Shown in pieces: positions 18,873 to 28,705 of a stretch of DNA of 64,000 nt. Position numbers and translations under genes: made by a program. Below the pieces are notes generated by a model. The model ran no database searches and was not told where the DNA came from. It saw only the letters and a list, made by a program, of their open reading frames with translations. The first letter of the stretch is position 1; every line of letters starts with the position of its first letter. Source of the stretch: a virus; IMG/VR virus record IMGVR_UViG_3300010938_000281, positions 1 through 64,000 of that record, one strand, 5' to 3'.

Positions 18873-19667
18873 ATGGATAGATTTGATGCGTTTGGTTTCA
18901 AAGAACATATGTATCCTAACGCTATTGGTATGTGGAAAGAAGAACAATCTTCTTTAGTATACGCTTGTACTCTAGCTGACCCGAACAAAGATTGGATTGA
19001 AATTGGTTCTTTTATGGGTGGCTCTGCCGTACTAATGTGTTTAGCAAAGCGAGCTATTGGCGGGATAGGGAAGGTAATTTCTGTAGATATTGATTTTTCT
19101 GCTTTTCAAGGAGCTTTTAATAGAAATGTTTATCGTGTAGGTAAGTTTCAAGATATACACTCTAAACTAGAGATGAGTAGTTTTGAATTAGCTGATACTA
19201 TTAAAAATCTAAACGGTACTAAATACGAACCGAAATATTCCCTAGCTTTTATAGATGGATGGCATAGTTTTAAGGGTGTGCTTACGGATTTTAATACTAT
19301 AGATGAATATATGGGACCGGGAGGTATAGTGTTGTTTCATGATACATACCCTCAACCATATCCAGAAGGTAAACTATTAGAATTTACGATAAATATGTAC
19401 AAGCACTACGACGAGTGGTGGTCTGAAGAACTTCCAGGAAATAATAAATTTACCTCTCAACAAGAATACTATCAAGCAGAAAAAAAACAAAACTTTAGAA
19501 TAGACGAGGCTATAGCTTTTATTCTTGAAAAAAGACCTTATGAGCTTATAAGTTTACCAACAATTCATGGTCAGACGCATTTTGATAGAGTTAAAGAGTA
19601 TATCCACGGAACCACAAGTCCGTATCCCGGCATAGTTGCTATTCGTAAATTAGAGGAGTATAAATGA
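18873..19667 (+). CDS. Class I SAM-dependent methyltransferase (Methyltransf_24-like)
   Basis: IEIGSFMGGS, ISVD, FIDGWH, PGGIVLFHD. Confidence 0.85.
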   Translation: MDRFDAFGFKEHMYPNAIGMWKEEQSSLVYACTLADPNKDWIEIGSFMGGSAVLMCLAKRAIGGIGKVISVDIDFSAFQGAFNRNVYRVGKFQDIHSKLEMSSFELADTIKNLNGTKYEPKYSLAFIDGWHSFKGVLTDFNTIDEYMGPGGIVLFHDTYPQPYPEGKLLEFTINMYKHYDEWWSEELPGNNKFTSQQEYYQAEKKQNFRIDEAIAFILEKRPYELISLPTIHGQTHFDRVKEYIHGTTSPYPGIVAIRKLEEYK

Positions 19668-20083
19668 AGATTACATTGGGAAAATCTCATAGGAAAGACA
19701 CGATAAACTTTGGTCTTAATTATAAGTCTGCTTTTGAAGAAATTGACGATGGTGAATGTACAGAAATCCACGCCCCAGAAATTCTTGACTATATACCAGA
19801 ACACGAATTTAGATTATTTATAGATACCCTGGTTAACAAGATGCGTCACGGCTGTGAGCTTACCATTGGCGGTAGTGACCTATACGAATCTATGAAACAA
19901 TTGTTTCGTGGAGACCTTAATGTTTATACTATGAATAATGTATTATACGGAAATAAAGAGGTTTCTAAAAGAGGCCAATATTCTATGAATTCTGTTTCGG
20001 ATATTCTTTTACAACGCGGACTTAAAATTCTTGAAAAGAATATGGATAGAAATCAGATGTATATTAAGGCGGTTAGAGAATGA
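19664..20083 (+). CDS. Hypothetical protein, degenerate methyltransferase-like
   Basis: EIHA.EILDYI...KMRHGCEL resembles the C-terminal part of small Methyltransf_11-like proteins. Confidence 0.4.
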   Translation: MKITLGKSHRKDTINFGLNYKSAFEEIDDGECTEIHAPEILDYIPEHEFRLFIDTLVNKMRHGCELTIGGSDLYESMKQLFRGDLNVYTMNNVLYGNKEVSKRGQYSMNSVSDILLQRGLKILEKNMDRNQMYIKAVRE

Positions 20084-20790
20084 AAACAGCTTGCGAATAT
20101 TGCATTTTTGCAACACGTATGAAGAATAAAAAACAGCGCGGGTGCAAACTAAATCGTCTTGATATATTTAAGCAACAGGAACGAGCAGAGATACAAGAGA
20201 ACGGATACTATCTTATAGACGGCTTGTGCAATACATGTAGGAATGTATATTGGAAAGAATATATACTAAATCCAAACCCCGACAAGCTAATAAACGTCGT
20301 TCTTAAAGAGGTGGAAATAAAGTATGATGTACTTATTAGTATAGATGATAGTACAATTGAGGAGGTTAAAGATTCGATTCTTTACGCTAGAACATTAGCT
20401 ATACCACCAAATAATATTGTTATGACCGGCGGTCTAAGCGAACATAATATGAAGATAGTGACAACATTTATAGATACACCTTCATGTCTTGAAAACTCTG
20501 ATGATAAATTCGCTCAGTCGCACAAATATATTAACGAGACGAATGCAACCTATCTACTATTTATAGTGCCGGGTATAGAGTTTCAAATAGATGCAGAATT
20601 ACTAGAAGTAAATCGTAAACTTAATATACTACTTAATCCTATTCATTATATAAACGGAGAAAACTATTTCTTAGTTTCTCGTTTTCTGTATCTATCTAAT
20701 ATCTACGAACCAAATCCTATACAATCAATTATAGAAAAGTACGAAGAAAATGGGAAACCCAAAAGTCAATGTGTTGATAGCCAACTATAA
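20080..20790 (+). CDS. Hypothetical protein with N-terminal Cys cluster (glycosylation cluster)
   Basis: CEYC..C..CNTC; overlaps both neighbours. Confidence 0.5.
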   Translation: MKTACEYCIFATRMKNKKQRGCKLNRLDIFKQQERAEIQENGYYLIDGLCNTCRNVYWKEYILNPNPDKLINVVLKEVEIKYDVLISIDDSTIEEVKDSILYARTLAIPPNNIVMTGGLSEHNMKIVTTFIDTPSCLENSDDKFAQSHKYINETNATYLLFIVPGIEFQIDAELLEVNRKLNILLNPIHYINGENYFLVSRFLYLSNIYEPNPIQSIIEKYEENGKPKSQCVDSQL

Positions 20791-21538
20791 TTATGGCGAG
20801 TGGATTATGGACGCTGTTAATAGCGCTATCGACCAAACATATCCAGATATTGCTATCACTATAATAGACGACCTATCCAACGACGATTCTTGGATGAAAA
20901 TTTATAAGAATCTATTTCAGAATAGACCACATAATAAAATTTTACCCTCCGACTTTGATATTAGAACTTGTTCTATAGCCAAAAACGGTCGAGATATACC
21001 GGTAATGGCTATCAGGCTAAATAAACATGGCGGTCCAAGTATAGCGAGAAATATTGGTATTTCTTATACTTTAGACAGCTCCGATTTCTATATGATATTA
21101 GATGCGGACGATATTATGCAACCTAATAAGGTATATAGGTGTCTTGAAGAAGCTATGAAACTTCCGGGTATTATAGGTATCGTGTACGGAGACTATACAA
21201 CGCTTAATGTAGATAATGGTATAGAACGTATTGAATATAAACCCGATTTTGATATTGAAAGGCTTTATAACGAGTGTATTATTCATAGCGGTTCTCTTAT
21301 TTCAAAAGAAGCCCTATTGTTTGCTAGGGACCAATACGGATTTTACGACCAAAGATTAAGGGTTGCGGAAGATTACGATTTGTGGTTTAGGATTACGAAA
21401 AAGTATACCGCCGTACATATTCCAGAATCGCTTACAACGGTTAGAGTAACTCCTAAAAATTCCACCAATCAGGTTGATATAGACACAAGAAACGCATGTC
21501 ACGCTTTAATGTATAGTAAACTTCAAGGTCAACAATGA
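20750..21538 (+). CDS. Glycosyltransferase family 2
   Basis: VLIANYN, IDDLSND, ARNIG, ILDADD (DxD), EDYDLW. Confidence 0.9.
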   Translation: MGNPKVNVLIANYNYGEWIMDAVNSAIDQTYPDIAITIIDDLSNDDSWMKIYKNLFQNRPHNKILPSDFDIRTCSIAKNGRDIPVMAIRLNKHGGPSIARNIGISYTLDSSDFYMILDADDIMQPNKVYRCLEEAMKLPGIIGIVYGDYTTLNVDNGIERIEYKPDFDIERLYNECIIHSGSLISKEALLFARDQYGFYDQRLRVAEDYDLWFRITKKYTAVHIPESLTTVRVTPKNSTNQVDIDTRNACHALMYSKLQGQQ

Positions 21539-22218
21539 CACGATTTATAACAACGACCAAAGTTCCACCATCTGACTCGGCAAGATATACTGTTGTATTG
21601 CTTTCATCTCTACCAATAGGAAAGAGTATGTACGGAACGCCGGTATCTCTATATCCTATAAATAGTAAAGAGACCGTACTAGATATACAGTACCAAGCTA
21701 TAAAAACCGTATTTCCTAAATCAGATATCTATATTATCACAGGATTTAATACTTTACAGGTTGTAAATAGAAGACCTTTAGGTTTGCGTGTTCTTGAGAA
21801 TCAAAACTATGAACATGGTGGAGAAGTGGAAGAATTAAGATTAGGTTTGAATATTATCAACACACCATCAATTATTACAATATCTGGTAATATGATATTT
21901 AATGACGAAGCTCTAAATCAGATTAGAACAAAACACTCCTCGATTTTGGTTGATAGTACAATAGAGAATGATAATATTGTTGGAACTATAACGGACAATG
22001 CTAAACTGGAGAATATCTCTTTTGGTATACCTAATAAGTGGTGCGGTATATCACATTTTACAGGAAAAGAACTAGAATCTCTTAAGAGTCTAGCTAATAT
22101 AAAATCAAAGGCAAACCTTTGCATGTTTGAACTAATAAATACTCTTGTGCATAATAGAAACGGTATTATATATACAATAAATCACATTGCTGGATATATA
22201 AAAAGGATAGAGAAGTGA
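21535..22218 (+). CDS. Nucleotidyltransferase-like (NTP_transferase/LicC-like) protein, divergent
   Basis: TVVLLS..GKSM..P.SL..I...LD.Q, IITGF, N..YE, GNMIF. Confidence 0.55.
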   Translation: MTRFITTTKVPPSDSARYTVVLLSSLPIGKSMYGTPVSLYPINSKETVLDIQYQAIKTVFPKSDIYIITGFNTLQVVNRRPLGLRVLENQNYEHGGEVEELRLGLNIINTPSIITISGNMIFNDEALNQIRTKHSSILVDSTIENDNIVGTITDNAKLENISFGIPNKWCGISHFTGKELESLKSLANIKSKANLCMFELINTLVHNRNGIIYTINHIAGYIKRIEK

Positions 22219-22826
22219 TAATAATAGAAGATATGTCGCCAGACACAACACATAAGTATTTTGCCTATAGGTCTTTGTTTAGAGCTATCAATAAAAATGG
22301 GGTTCCGATATTCTTATGGAATTCTTCTCAAAAGAACATATTTGACGTATATGATGAGCTTAAGCCAGACAAGGTACTGTTCTACAACGACCATACACGA
22401 GCGGCAAATAAACTAGCCGTACCATATATAGATTATCAGAAGTGGTACAAACACAATCCGCTTGTTTCCGACCCCCTAATATATAAACGCCTAGAGCCGG
22501 TAGAAGACGCTAAATTTGATACTATTTGTATTGCCCCATATCCAGAATTTGATAACTTTACCGACGAGTTCTTAAAAGCTATGGATAGGCGTACAAGATA
22601 TTTTAGATATTTTGGATATAAAGCTTTTGGCGGTCACAAAGATTGTGGTCCTATTCCAGAAAATCTACATTCGTTATTACTATCTTCTGCAAAGCGTATT
22701 ATATGTTTAAGCAAGCAGTTTGCGATAAACGCTCGCCTATGTAATAAAAATATTGTGGGATATGATGTTACAGATAAAGAGACTGAATTATACTCATCGT
22801 TAAACTTAGTTAAGGAACTAATATGA
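22215..22826 (+). CDS. Hypothetical protein, possible degenerate GT-B fragment
   Basis: Translationally coupled within the cluster; FD...KPD motif. Confidence 0.45.
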   Translation: MIIIEDMSPDTTHKYFAYRSLFRAINKNGVPIFLWNSSQKNIFDVYDELKPDKVLFYNDHTRAANKLAVPYIDYQKWYKHNPLVSDPLIYKRLEPVEDAKFDTICIAPYPEFDNFTDEFLKAMDRRTRYFRYFGYKAFGGHKDCGPIPENLHSLLLSSAKRIICLSKQFAINARLCNKNIVGYDVTDKETELYSSLNLVKELI

Positions 22827-23560
22827 TTCAACTAAAAGACCTTTCTGGTGGTTTAGGAAATCAAATGTTCAAACTGGCCGCCGCTATGGGTCTTGCTAAA
22901 AAATATGATGATATAGTTTATTTTCCAGAATGGCACTATTCTCGATATTTTGCTGGGAATTTTAGTAACGAAGTTATGCCGGGCACGGTAGAATATTGTT
23001 ATACAGAGAAAGGGTTTGATTATCACGAGATTCCATATAAGAAAAATATGGTAATTGACGGATATTATCAAAGCGAGAGATATTTTGAGAATTGTAAAAA
23101 GTATATTAAATCTCAATTCAAACTTAATGAAGTGTTTACATCGCAAGAGATAGAACCTAAATCTTGTTTTATTCATGTTAGACGTGGCGACTATAAGAGT
23201 CTTACTCAATTTCATCCATTGCAGACATGGGATAACTACTATAAACAAGCAGTACAAAGAATGGATACATATTATCCTTCTAAATACTACATATTCTCTG
23301 ACGAGATTGAATTAGTTAAAAAAGAATTTCCTGAGAATAAATACTTTGAATATATTAACGGGGGAGATGAAATTACAGATATGTGGCTTATGACTAAGTG
23401 TAAATACCAAATTATAGGTAACTCTTCATTCTCATGGTGGGCGGCTTATCTGTCAGAATATAAGGATACCGAGACAATAGCTCCAGCAAACTGGTTCGGT
23501 CCAGCATATTACTACCATAACACAAAAGATTTACTTCCCAAAAATTGGAAAACGGTATGA
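22823..23560 (+). CDS. Alpha-1,2-fucosyltransferase-like, GT11
   Basis: GGLGNQMF, GYYQSE.YF, IHVRRGDY, IFSDE, NSSFSWWAAYL. Confidence 0.92.
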   Translation: MIQLKDLSGGLGNQMFKLAAAMGLAKKYDDIVYFPEWHYSRYFAGNFSNEVMPGTVEYCYTEKGFDYHEIPYKKNMVIDGYYQSERYFENCKKYIKSQFKLNEVFTSQEIEPKSCFIHVRRGDYKSLTQFHPLQTWDNYYKQAVQRMDTYYPSKYYIFSDEIELVKKEFPENKYFEYINGGDEITDMWLMTKCKYQIIGNSSFSWWAAYLSEYKDTETIAPANWFGPAYYYHNTKDLLPKNWKTV

Positions 23561-24387
23561 AAACATTCGGTCTAGTTGATACTGCTTTCGCTCACTGTGA
23601 CTATTCTGCTCCCGGAATTAAATCTGGGAAGATAAAATGGGATAGGACGTTATACACGGGTACGGTATTCCATACGCACGAACAGATGTTATCTGGACCT
23701 TCTGAATTTAATAGTGGTGTAGATTATGGGTGGTTGTTAGAAAGCCAGGCTATTATCCCACGCGTTTACAATAAACTTGAAAATAGTCCAGAGTTGGTGA
23801 AAAAATTCGCTCGTATATTCACTCATTCGTCAGTATTGCTTCAGAAGTATAAAAATACTTATTGGATTCCGGGCGGTTCTATCTGGGTTGGTGGAGAGTA
23901 CGGCGGCGGCGAAATCAAGATTTATGAAAAAACAAAGTTGTGTTCAATGGTATCATCCGACAAGAGGATGTGTAAGCTACACAAGCTTAGAATAGCTGTG
24001 GCTGAATTCTTATCTACTCAGAACACTGGAATAGATTTTTATGGGAGTTTGTTTGGAAAATGGGTTCCTATAATTGAAACACTTAAAGATTACCGATTCT
24101 CAATCTGTATCGAAAATTTCGTTGACGACCTTTACTTTACAGAAAAGCTGCTTAACTGTTTCGCTACCGGAACCATACCAATTTATTTAGGAGCTAAAAA
24201 TATAGGGCGTTTGTTTAATACAAAGGGTATGATTTGTTTTGAGCGTCCTGGAGAGCTACTTGATATTCTTGTAGAAGATATGAATAACAGATTCTACGAA
24301 AACGCGAAAGATGCTATAGCTGAGAACTTCGAGCTATGTAAGCGGTTTAGACTGTGTGAAGATTACATATATGAGACATATCTATAG
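23557..24387 (+). CDS. Fucosyltransferase-like, GT10
   Basis: YRFSICIEN...YFTEKL.NCF..GTIPIYLG. Confidence 0.85.
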   Translation: MKTFGLVDTAFAHCDYSAPGIKSGKIKWDRTLYTGTVFHTHEQMLSGPSEFNSGVDYGWLLESQAIIPRVYNKLENSPELVKKFARIFTHSSVLLQKYKNTYWIPGGSIWVGGEYGGGEIKIYEKTKLCSMVSSDKRMCKLHKLRIAVAEFLSTQNTGIDFYGSLFGKWVPIIETLKDYRFSICIENFVDDLYFTEKLLNCFATGTIPIYLGAKNIGRLFNTKGMICFERPGELLDILVEDMNNRFYENAKDAIAENFELCKRFRLCEDYIYETYL

Positions 24388-24396
24388 GGGATTTAT

Positions 24397-25332
24397 ATGA
24401 GGGTTTTAATTACTGGCGCTAACGGAATGCTGGGGCGCGCTCTACAAAGAGCTTTCCTAAAAGAACCAAAGTTTGAGGTTATTCAGTTTGGAAGATGTCA
24501 CGCTGACCTTAGTACGTTTGACGGTATGGTTAAATTTAACGAGTTTATTAAGCGTTGCGACCCGTGGTGGGTTATACACACAGCTTCTATAGTTGGAGGT
24601 ATAGAAATGAACAACCAATATCCATATACCTTTAATATGAAGAACACCCTTATTAACGCTGGTGTTGTAGATAGTTGTGTACGCAACAATATACCAAGAT
24701 TTTTAGGCATTTTAAGTGTTTGTTGTTACGGCGACGGATTCTCACAAGAAGATTTTCCTCTTACGGAAGATAGGCTCTTTGAGCGAGAACCACACAAAAC
24801 AAATGCCGGATATGCTTATTCTAAGAGAAACCTAGCCCTACATATCTTAACGGCTAATCAAGAATTACAAAAGAGATACAACTATATTATATCTTCTAAT
24901 CTATATGGAGAACAAGACTTCCGTGGTTATAGGGCACACTTCTGTTCTGTAATGATAGATAAAGTTATAAACGCTGTTAAGAATAATGAAACCAGGGTAC
25001 ATTTTGCTGGTGATGGTAGGGTTAAGAGACAGTATGTATATGTCGATGACTTGGCTAGTTGTATAGTTAAACACGTTAAGCTAGACGTTGACGAAAACTA
25101 CAACTTTGCATCCGAGGAAGAACTATCGGCAGAAGATATGATGAAAATCTTACTCGATAGTAAAAAAATTAAACTACAGTACGATTTTAAGAATACTATG
25201 GTCGCCGGTCAATTCGTTAGGACTGTAGCCGTCGATAAGGTTAAAAAACTCTTTCCAGATTTGGAATTTACTCCGTTCTCGGAAGGCGTGGTAAGGGTAT
25301 ATGATAAGTGGTTTGCCGAGGAACAAATATGA
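24397..25332 (+). CDS. fcl: GDP-L-fucose synthase (epimerase/reductase)
   Basis: ITGANGMLG, VGGI..N, SVCCY, EPH.TN.GYAYSKR (YxxxK), NLYG, GDG..KRQYVYVDDLA. Confidence 0.85.
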   Translation: MRVLITGANGMLGRALQRAFLKEPKFEVIQFGRCHADLSTFDGMVKFNEFIKRCDPWWVIHTASIVGGIEMNNQYPYTFNMKNTLINAGVVDSCVRNNIPRFLGILSVCCYGDGFSQEDFPLTEDRLFEREPHKTNAGYAYSKRNLALHILTANQELQKRYNYIISSNLYGEQDFRGYRAHFCSVMIDKVINAVKNNETRVHFAGDGRVKRQYVYVDDLASCIVKHVKLDVDENYNFASEEELSAEDMMKILLDSKKIKLQYDFKNTMVAGQFVRTVAVDKVKKLFPDLEFTPFSEGVVRVYDKWFAEEQI

Positions 25333-25808
25333 AACTAGGTATATTTTTACCGTCGTTAGGATACAATCAAAACGCAATTCAGGCTATAAGTAGTGTGAAT
25401 ACTTTGATAGGTATTGATAATACTATATACCCGACACTTTTCTATAAACGTATTGACGCTTTTAGGCTTAGACCTAAAACTATCGCTACAACATTTGATA
25501 AAATATATCAGTATGATGGTCACTTGATTACTACTAACCTAGATACAACATATATAGCTTTACAGTGTAATAGATTAAAGTCAATTAACTTTTATGTATC
25601 AGAACTAGAGTGGACTCGTAGAATAGGGAACTATCTATCAAATAGTTCAATCTATAGAAATAAAAATGTAAACTTAATCTGTCCAAGTGCAGAATATGCC
25701 GTAGCATTAGATAATTACTGCGGTGTTAAGGTTCAAGATATTATCACAGGATTTAACATCTATGAAATCGTTACTAGAATTCGCGCCAGAAATACGCAAA
25801 ATGTATGA
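25329..25808 (+). CDS. Hypothetical protein (last gene of the glycosylation cluster)
   Basis: ATGA overlap with fcl; FYVSELEW motif. Confidence 0.55.
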   Translation: MKLGIFLPSLGYNQNAIQAISSVNTLIGIDNTIYPTLFYKRIDAFRLRPKTIATTFDKIYQYDGHLITTNLDTTYIALQCNRLKSINFYVSELEWTRRIGNYLSNSSIYRNKNVNLICPSAEYAVALDNYCGVKVQDIITGFNIYEIVTRIRARNTQNV

Positions 25809-26529
25809 GGATGAAAAAAAGAGTATAAGAGCTATTGCAAAAACATTTGGAACATATCCTGTCGCAATATATCGTACTCTGGTTGGTCTCGGTGTTAAAA
25901 TTAGAGATAAGTCCGACGCAGCTAAGGAAGCTCTATCTAGCGGGCGAGCAGTGCATCCGACACAGGGTAAGAAATTATCTACAGCTACAAAAAATAAGAT
26001 TGGTAACAGTGTTGCTAATGCGTGGGATAATATGTCGGAAGTAAAAAAAGAAGCTATCTCTGATAAACATAAAGAAATTTGGAAGGATAAAACCGACGAG
26101 GAAAAACAAGAACTATCCAAGAAATCTCATAAAGCTATTGCCGAGTCTGCCCGTATAGGCTCTAAGATGGAAAGATATCTTGTTGACGCTGTAAATGGCG
26201 CTGGATACCAGTGTTTTCCGCATGTAAAAATTTTGCAAAATCTCAATTTGGAAGTAGATTTATGTTTACCAAATCTCAAAATTGCTGTAGAATTAGACGG
26301 CCCTAGCCATTTCTCTCCAATTTGGGGAGACGATATATTTGCTAAAACCAAAGAGGCTGATAGAGAAAAAAATGGTCTTTTGGCCCTTAACGGATATAAG
26401 GTTATTAGAATAGTTTATACTAAAGGACACGTATCTAATGTACTTAAAGAAAAGACCTTGAAGTTGTTGATTGAGAAAATCGAAGAAGCTAAAGAGTCTT
26501 CTGAGAATCTATTTATCGTTCATGTATAA
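25762..26529 (+). CDS. Vsr/DUF559-like endonuclease with HTH and NUMOD-like repeats
   Basis: SKME, VDL, IAVELDGPSHF, D.EKN..L...GYKVIRI. Confidence 0.8.
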   Translation: MKSLLEFAPEIRKMYEDEKKSIRAIAKTFGTYPVAIYRTLVGLGVKIRDKSDAAKEALSSGRAVHPTQGKKLSTATKNKIGNSVANAWDNMSEVKKEAISDKHKEIWKDKTDEEKQELSKKSHKAIAESARIGSKMERYLVDAVNGAGYQCFPHVKILQNLNLEVDLCLPNLKIAVELDGPSHFSPIWGDDIFAKTKEADREKNGLLALNGYKVIRIVYTKGHVSNVLKEKTLKLLIEKIEEAKESSENLFIVHV

Positions 26530-26538
26530 AGGAGCGTT

Positions 26539-27456
26539 ATGCGACCAGATTTTACGAAAATGACAGTTGATGAGCTTAGAGAACTGTACGCAGAACTTGC
26601 TAATAAAACACCTGAAGAGGTTAGTCTTATTAAGGGTAAGAGTGCGGTGGTTGAATTACTAATGCCTTTTTATACACAGGACGTTAAACAGCCGTCTGTG
26701 AAAGTAGAAAGTGTATTTGACCAAGCGGAAATGGAGACTATTGAATCTGTACATCAAGAAGCTGCCGAGATAAAGCCTAAGCGTGGTTCTCAAGAGTGGC
26801 AAGATTACGTTCTTGGACTACTTACTTCTGATGAAGCCGTATATAAGGACGGTAAAATATATCCAAAAGCTGCTGGATTGAGAAGACTTGTAGAATTACT
26901 TCTTGGACCAATTATTAAGAGCGGTCCTGTAGTTACTATTCCTATTGAATTAGGTAAAACTAATGTAGCTACCATAGTATACGAAATTCATATACACTGG
27001 CTTGAAACTAATAGTACCCGCGTCTTTTCAGAAATTGCCGACGCTGGTAATATAAATACTCCGGAAGAATACGCTAGACACGCCTCGGCTACAGCCTGTT
27101 CTCGTGCCGCCGGTAGAGCATTTAGAAACGCGCTTCTTCTATCTGTTAATACCGCCGAAGAAGTAAATTCTCCGGTTACAAATGGCCCTACAGACGATAT
27201 AAGAATCCTAGAAGACCATTCTATGATTACAGCTACGCAGGTTATGGGAATCAATATGACGTGTAGTAGAATAGGTGTCGATATTCAACAATTACTACTA
27301 CATAATGGATATGAAGGTAAGTGCCTTGATGAACTTACTAAGAGTGACGGTCATAAACTAATGGCCGAATTGAACAAATATTCTTCTTCGGGAAAAGACT
27401 CGTTGTCAATTCCAGATACGATTAAGATTGTAAATGTTGAGAAAGGAGAGAAATAA
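26539..27456 (+). CDS. Putative ssDNA annealing protein (Rad52/Sak-like)
   Basis: GLRRL..., ADAG..N, ATACSRAAGRAFRNAL helix pattern, ITATQ C-terminal domain; weak recognition. Confidence 0.45.
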   Translation: MRPDFTKMTVDELRELYAELANKTPEEVSLIKGKSAVVELLMPFYTQDVKQPSVKVESVFDQAEMETIESVHQEAAEIKPKRGSQEWQDYVLGLLTSDEAVYKDGKIYPKAAGLRRLVELLLGPIIKSGPVVTIPIELGKTNVATIVYEIHIHWLETNSTRVFSEIADAGNINTPEEYARHASATACSRAAGRAFRNALLLSVNTAEEVNSPVTNGPTDDIRILEDHSMITATQVMGINMTCSRIGVDIQQLLLHNGYEGKCLDELTKSDGHKLMAELNKYSSSGKDSLSIPDTIKIVNVEKGEK

Positions 27457-27866
27457 TGGAGGTTAAATACAAGTCGGCTAATGGTCAGTTTGAAGTAAAC
27501 TTTGACTGCAAAGACCAACAAACATTGTTTGAGGAGCTATCGGCTTTTCAAGAGGTATTTGAAACACCTGAAACCGTTAAGATTGCTGGTAAGGATGTGC
27601 CGCTGAAGCATATTTCGTTTAGCGTCCGTACTGTTGATGGTAATTCTTTTTACGAAAAGAGATATGTTGGTCCGGACAAAGACCTTTGGGGTTATAAGTT
27701 TGCCTACGGTTCTAGTCAGAATAAAAAGGGACACCTGTTTCCAAAGTTTACTGTTAAAGAGGAAAATAGGGCGGATTACGAGTCTGGTGGTGGCGGATGG
27801 TTTAGATATAAGGGTAAGCAACAGGAAGCGCCCGCAACCAGCGGTTCTGAAAAGCCAGCATTCTAA
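27456..27866 (+). CDS. Hypothetical conserved phage protein
   Basis: 136 aa, SD GGAGAG; C-terminal PAF like an SSB tail. Confidence 0.6.
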   Translation: MEVKYKSANGQFEVNFDCKDQQTLFEELSAFQEVFETPETVKIAGKDVPLKHISFSVRTVDGNSFYEKRYVGPDKDLWGYKFAYGSSQNKKGHLFPKFTVKEENRADYESGGGGWFRYKGKQQEAPATSGSEKPAF

Positions 27867-28090
27867 TGATTTTTTACATATCACAAGACGATGCCGTATG
27901 TGATATAGTAGAAGCCAAACCGGACGTTATAGTTGCCGAAGATATAAAATGTCAGTATATTATCAATAAAGAATACAAGATAATATCTGCTTATAATGGT
28001 AACTATCGTCCGGTTCAGTCTTTTGGTGAAAGATACGCTAAAAGGATAAATACTAATGACACTATATCTTGGCAATCAGGTTTCTATTGA
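27866..28090 (+). CDS. Hypothetical protein
   Basis: 74-aa ORF coupled by TAATG. Confidence 0.45.
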   Translation: MIFYISQDDAVCDIVEAKPDVIVAEDIKCQYIINKEYKIISAYNGNYRPVQSFGERYAKRINTNDTISWQSGFY

Positions 28091-28229
28091 AGAAGCTATA
28101 GCTTTCAACGATAGTGTTAGAATCTTTCGTTCTAGTTATAAATGTACCGGTTGTATTTCTACGGTGTGTTGTGAGAGATGTGGATATGCTAATATTGACA
28201 GTATATGTTTATGTATTGGTATATCTTAG
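28056..28229 (+). CDS. Small Cys-rich hypothetical protein
   Basis: 57 aa MTLYLGNQ...CTGC....CCERC; AGGA SD. Confidence 0.4.
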   Translation: MTLYLGNQVSIEEAIAFNDSVRIFRSSYKCTGCISTVCCERCGYANIDSICLCIGIS

Positions 28230-28276
28230 GGCTTTATATGTTTGAATTGTAAAGAAAATGTATTAAGGAATCCATT

Positions 28277-28441
28277 ATGCAAGAAGAGTTTCGACTTCAA
28301 GAAATCGAACGAAGACTCGATGAATTATCTCTTAGACTATCAAATCTAGGGTCTGCAATCGAGGAAATGATTGAGGAGATTCAGCATCTTTGGAATTCGT
28401 TATACGAAGACGAAGACGAAGATGAGGAAGAGGATGATTAA
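28277..28441 (+). CDS. Small highly acidic protein
   Basis: 54 aa MQEEFRLQ...YEDEDEDEEEDD; SD AAGGA; followed by a terminator. Confidence 0.65.
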   Translation: MQEEFRLQEIERRLDELSLRLSNLGSAIEEMIEEIQHLWNSLYEDEDEDEEEDD

Positions 28442-28445
28442 AAAG

Positions 28446-28476
28446 AAAGCCTGGTGAAAGCTGGGCTTTTTTATTT
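28446..28476 (+). terminator. Intrinsic terminator
   Basis: AAAGCCTGGT-GAAA-GCTGGGCTTT followed by TTTATTT. Confidence 0.8.
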
Positions 28477-28489
28477 GAAGGAGTTAAAT

Positions 28490-28705
28490 ATAGAAGATTC
28501 TGAATATCAATTTTCTTAGGAAGACGAGATTGTCTTTAATCATACGCGTGGTTTCATCACGAAAATCGAGGACGACCTCTTTAGGCTGATAGCTTATTTC
28601 GAGAGCGAAAATGAGAAGAAGTACGGCCATAAATATCATATTCCGGCTCCAACAGAACTAAATGAAACTTTGGGAGTAAGACATGAAACAAAGATGGTTA
28701 GATGA
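28490..28705 (+). pseudogene. Degraded small ORF
   Basis: Strong SD AAGGAG, ATA where ATG is expected, in-frame TAG at 28517, then 61 open codons. Confidence 0.4.

Noticed and set aside
12991-28519. In-frame TAG codons (12991, 28517) suggesting amber recoding (genetic code 15)
   Set aside because: Many intact genes end at TAG right at the next gene (1960, 15147, 18865, 20790), long genes have no internal TAG, and the two cases would need different amino acids
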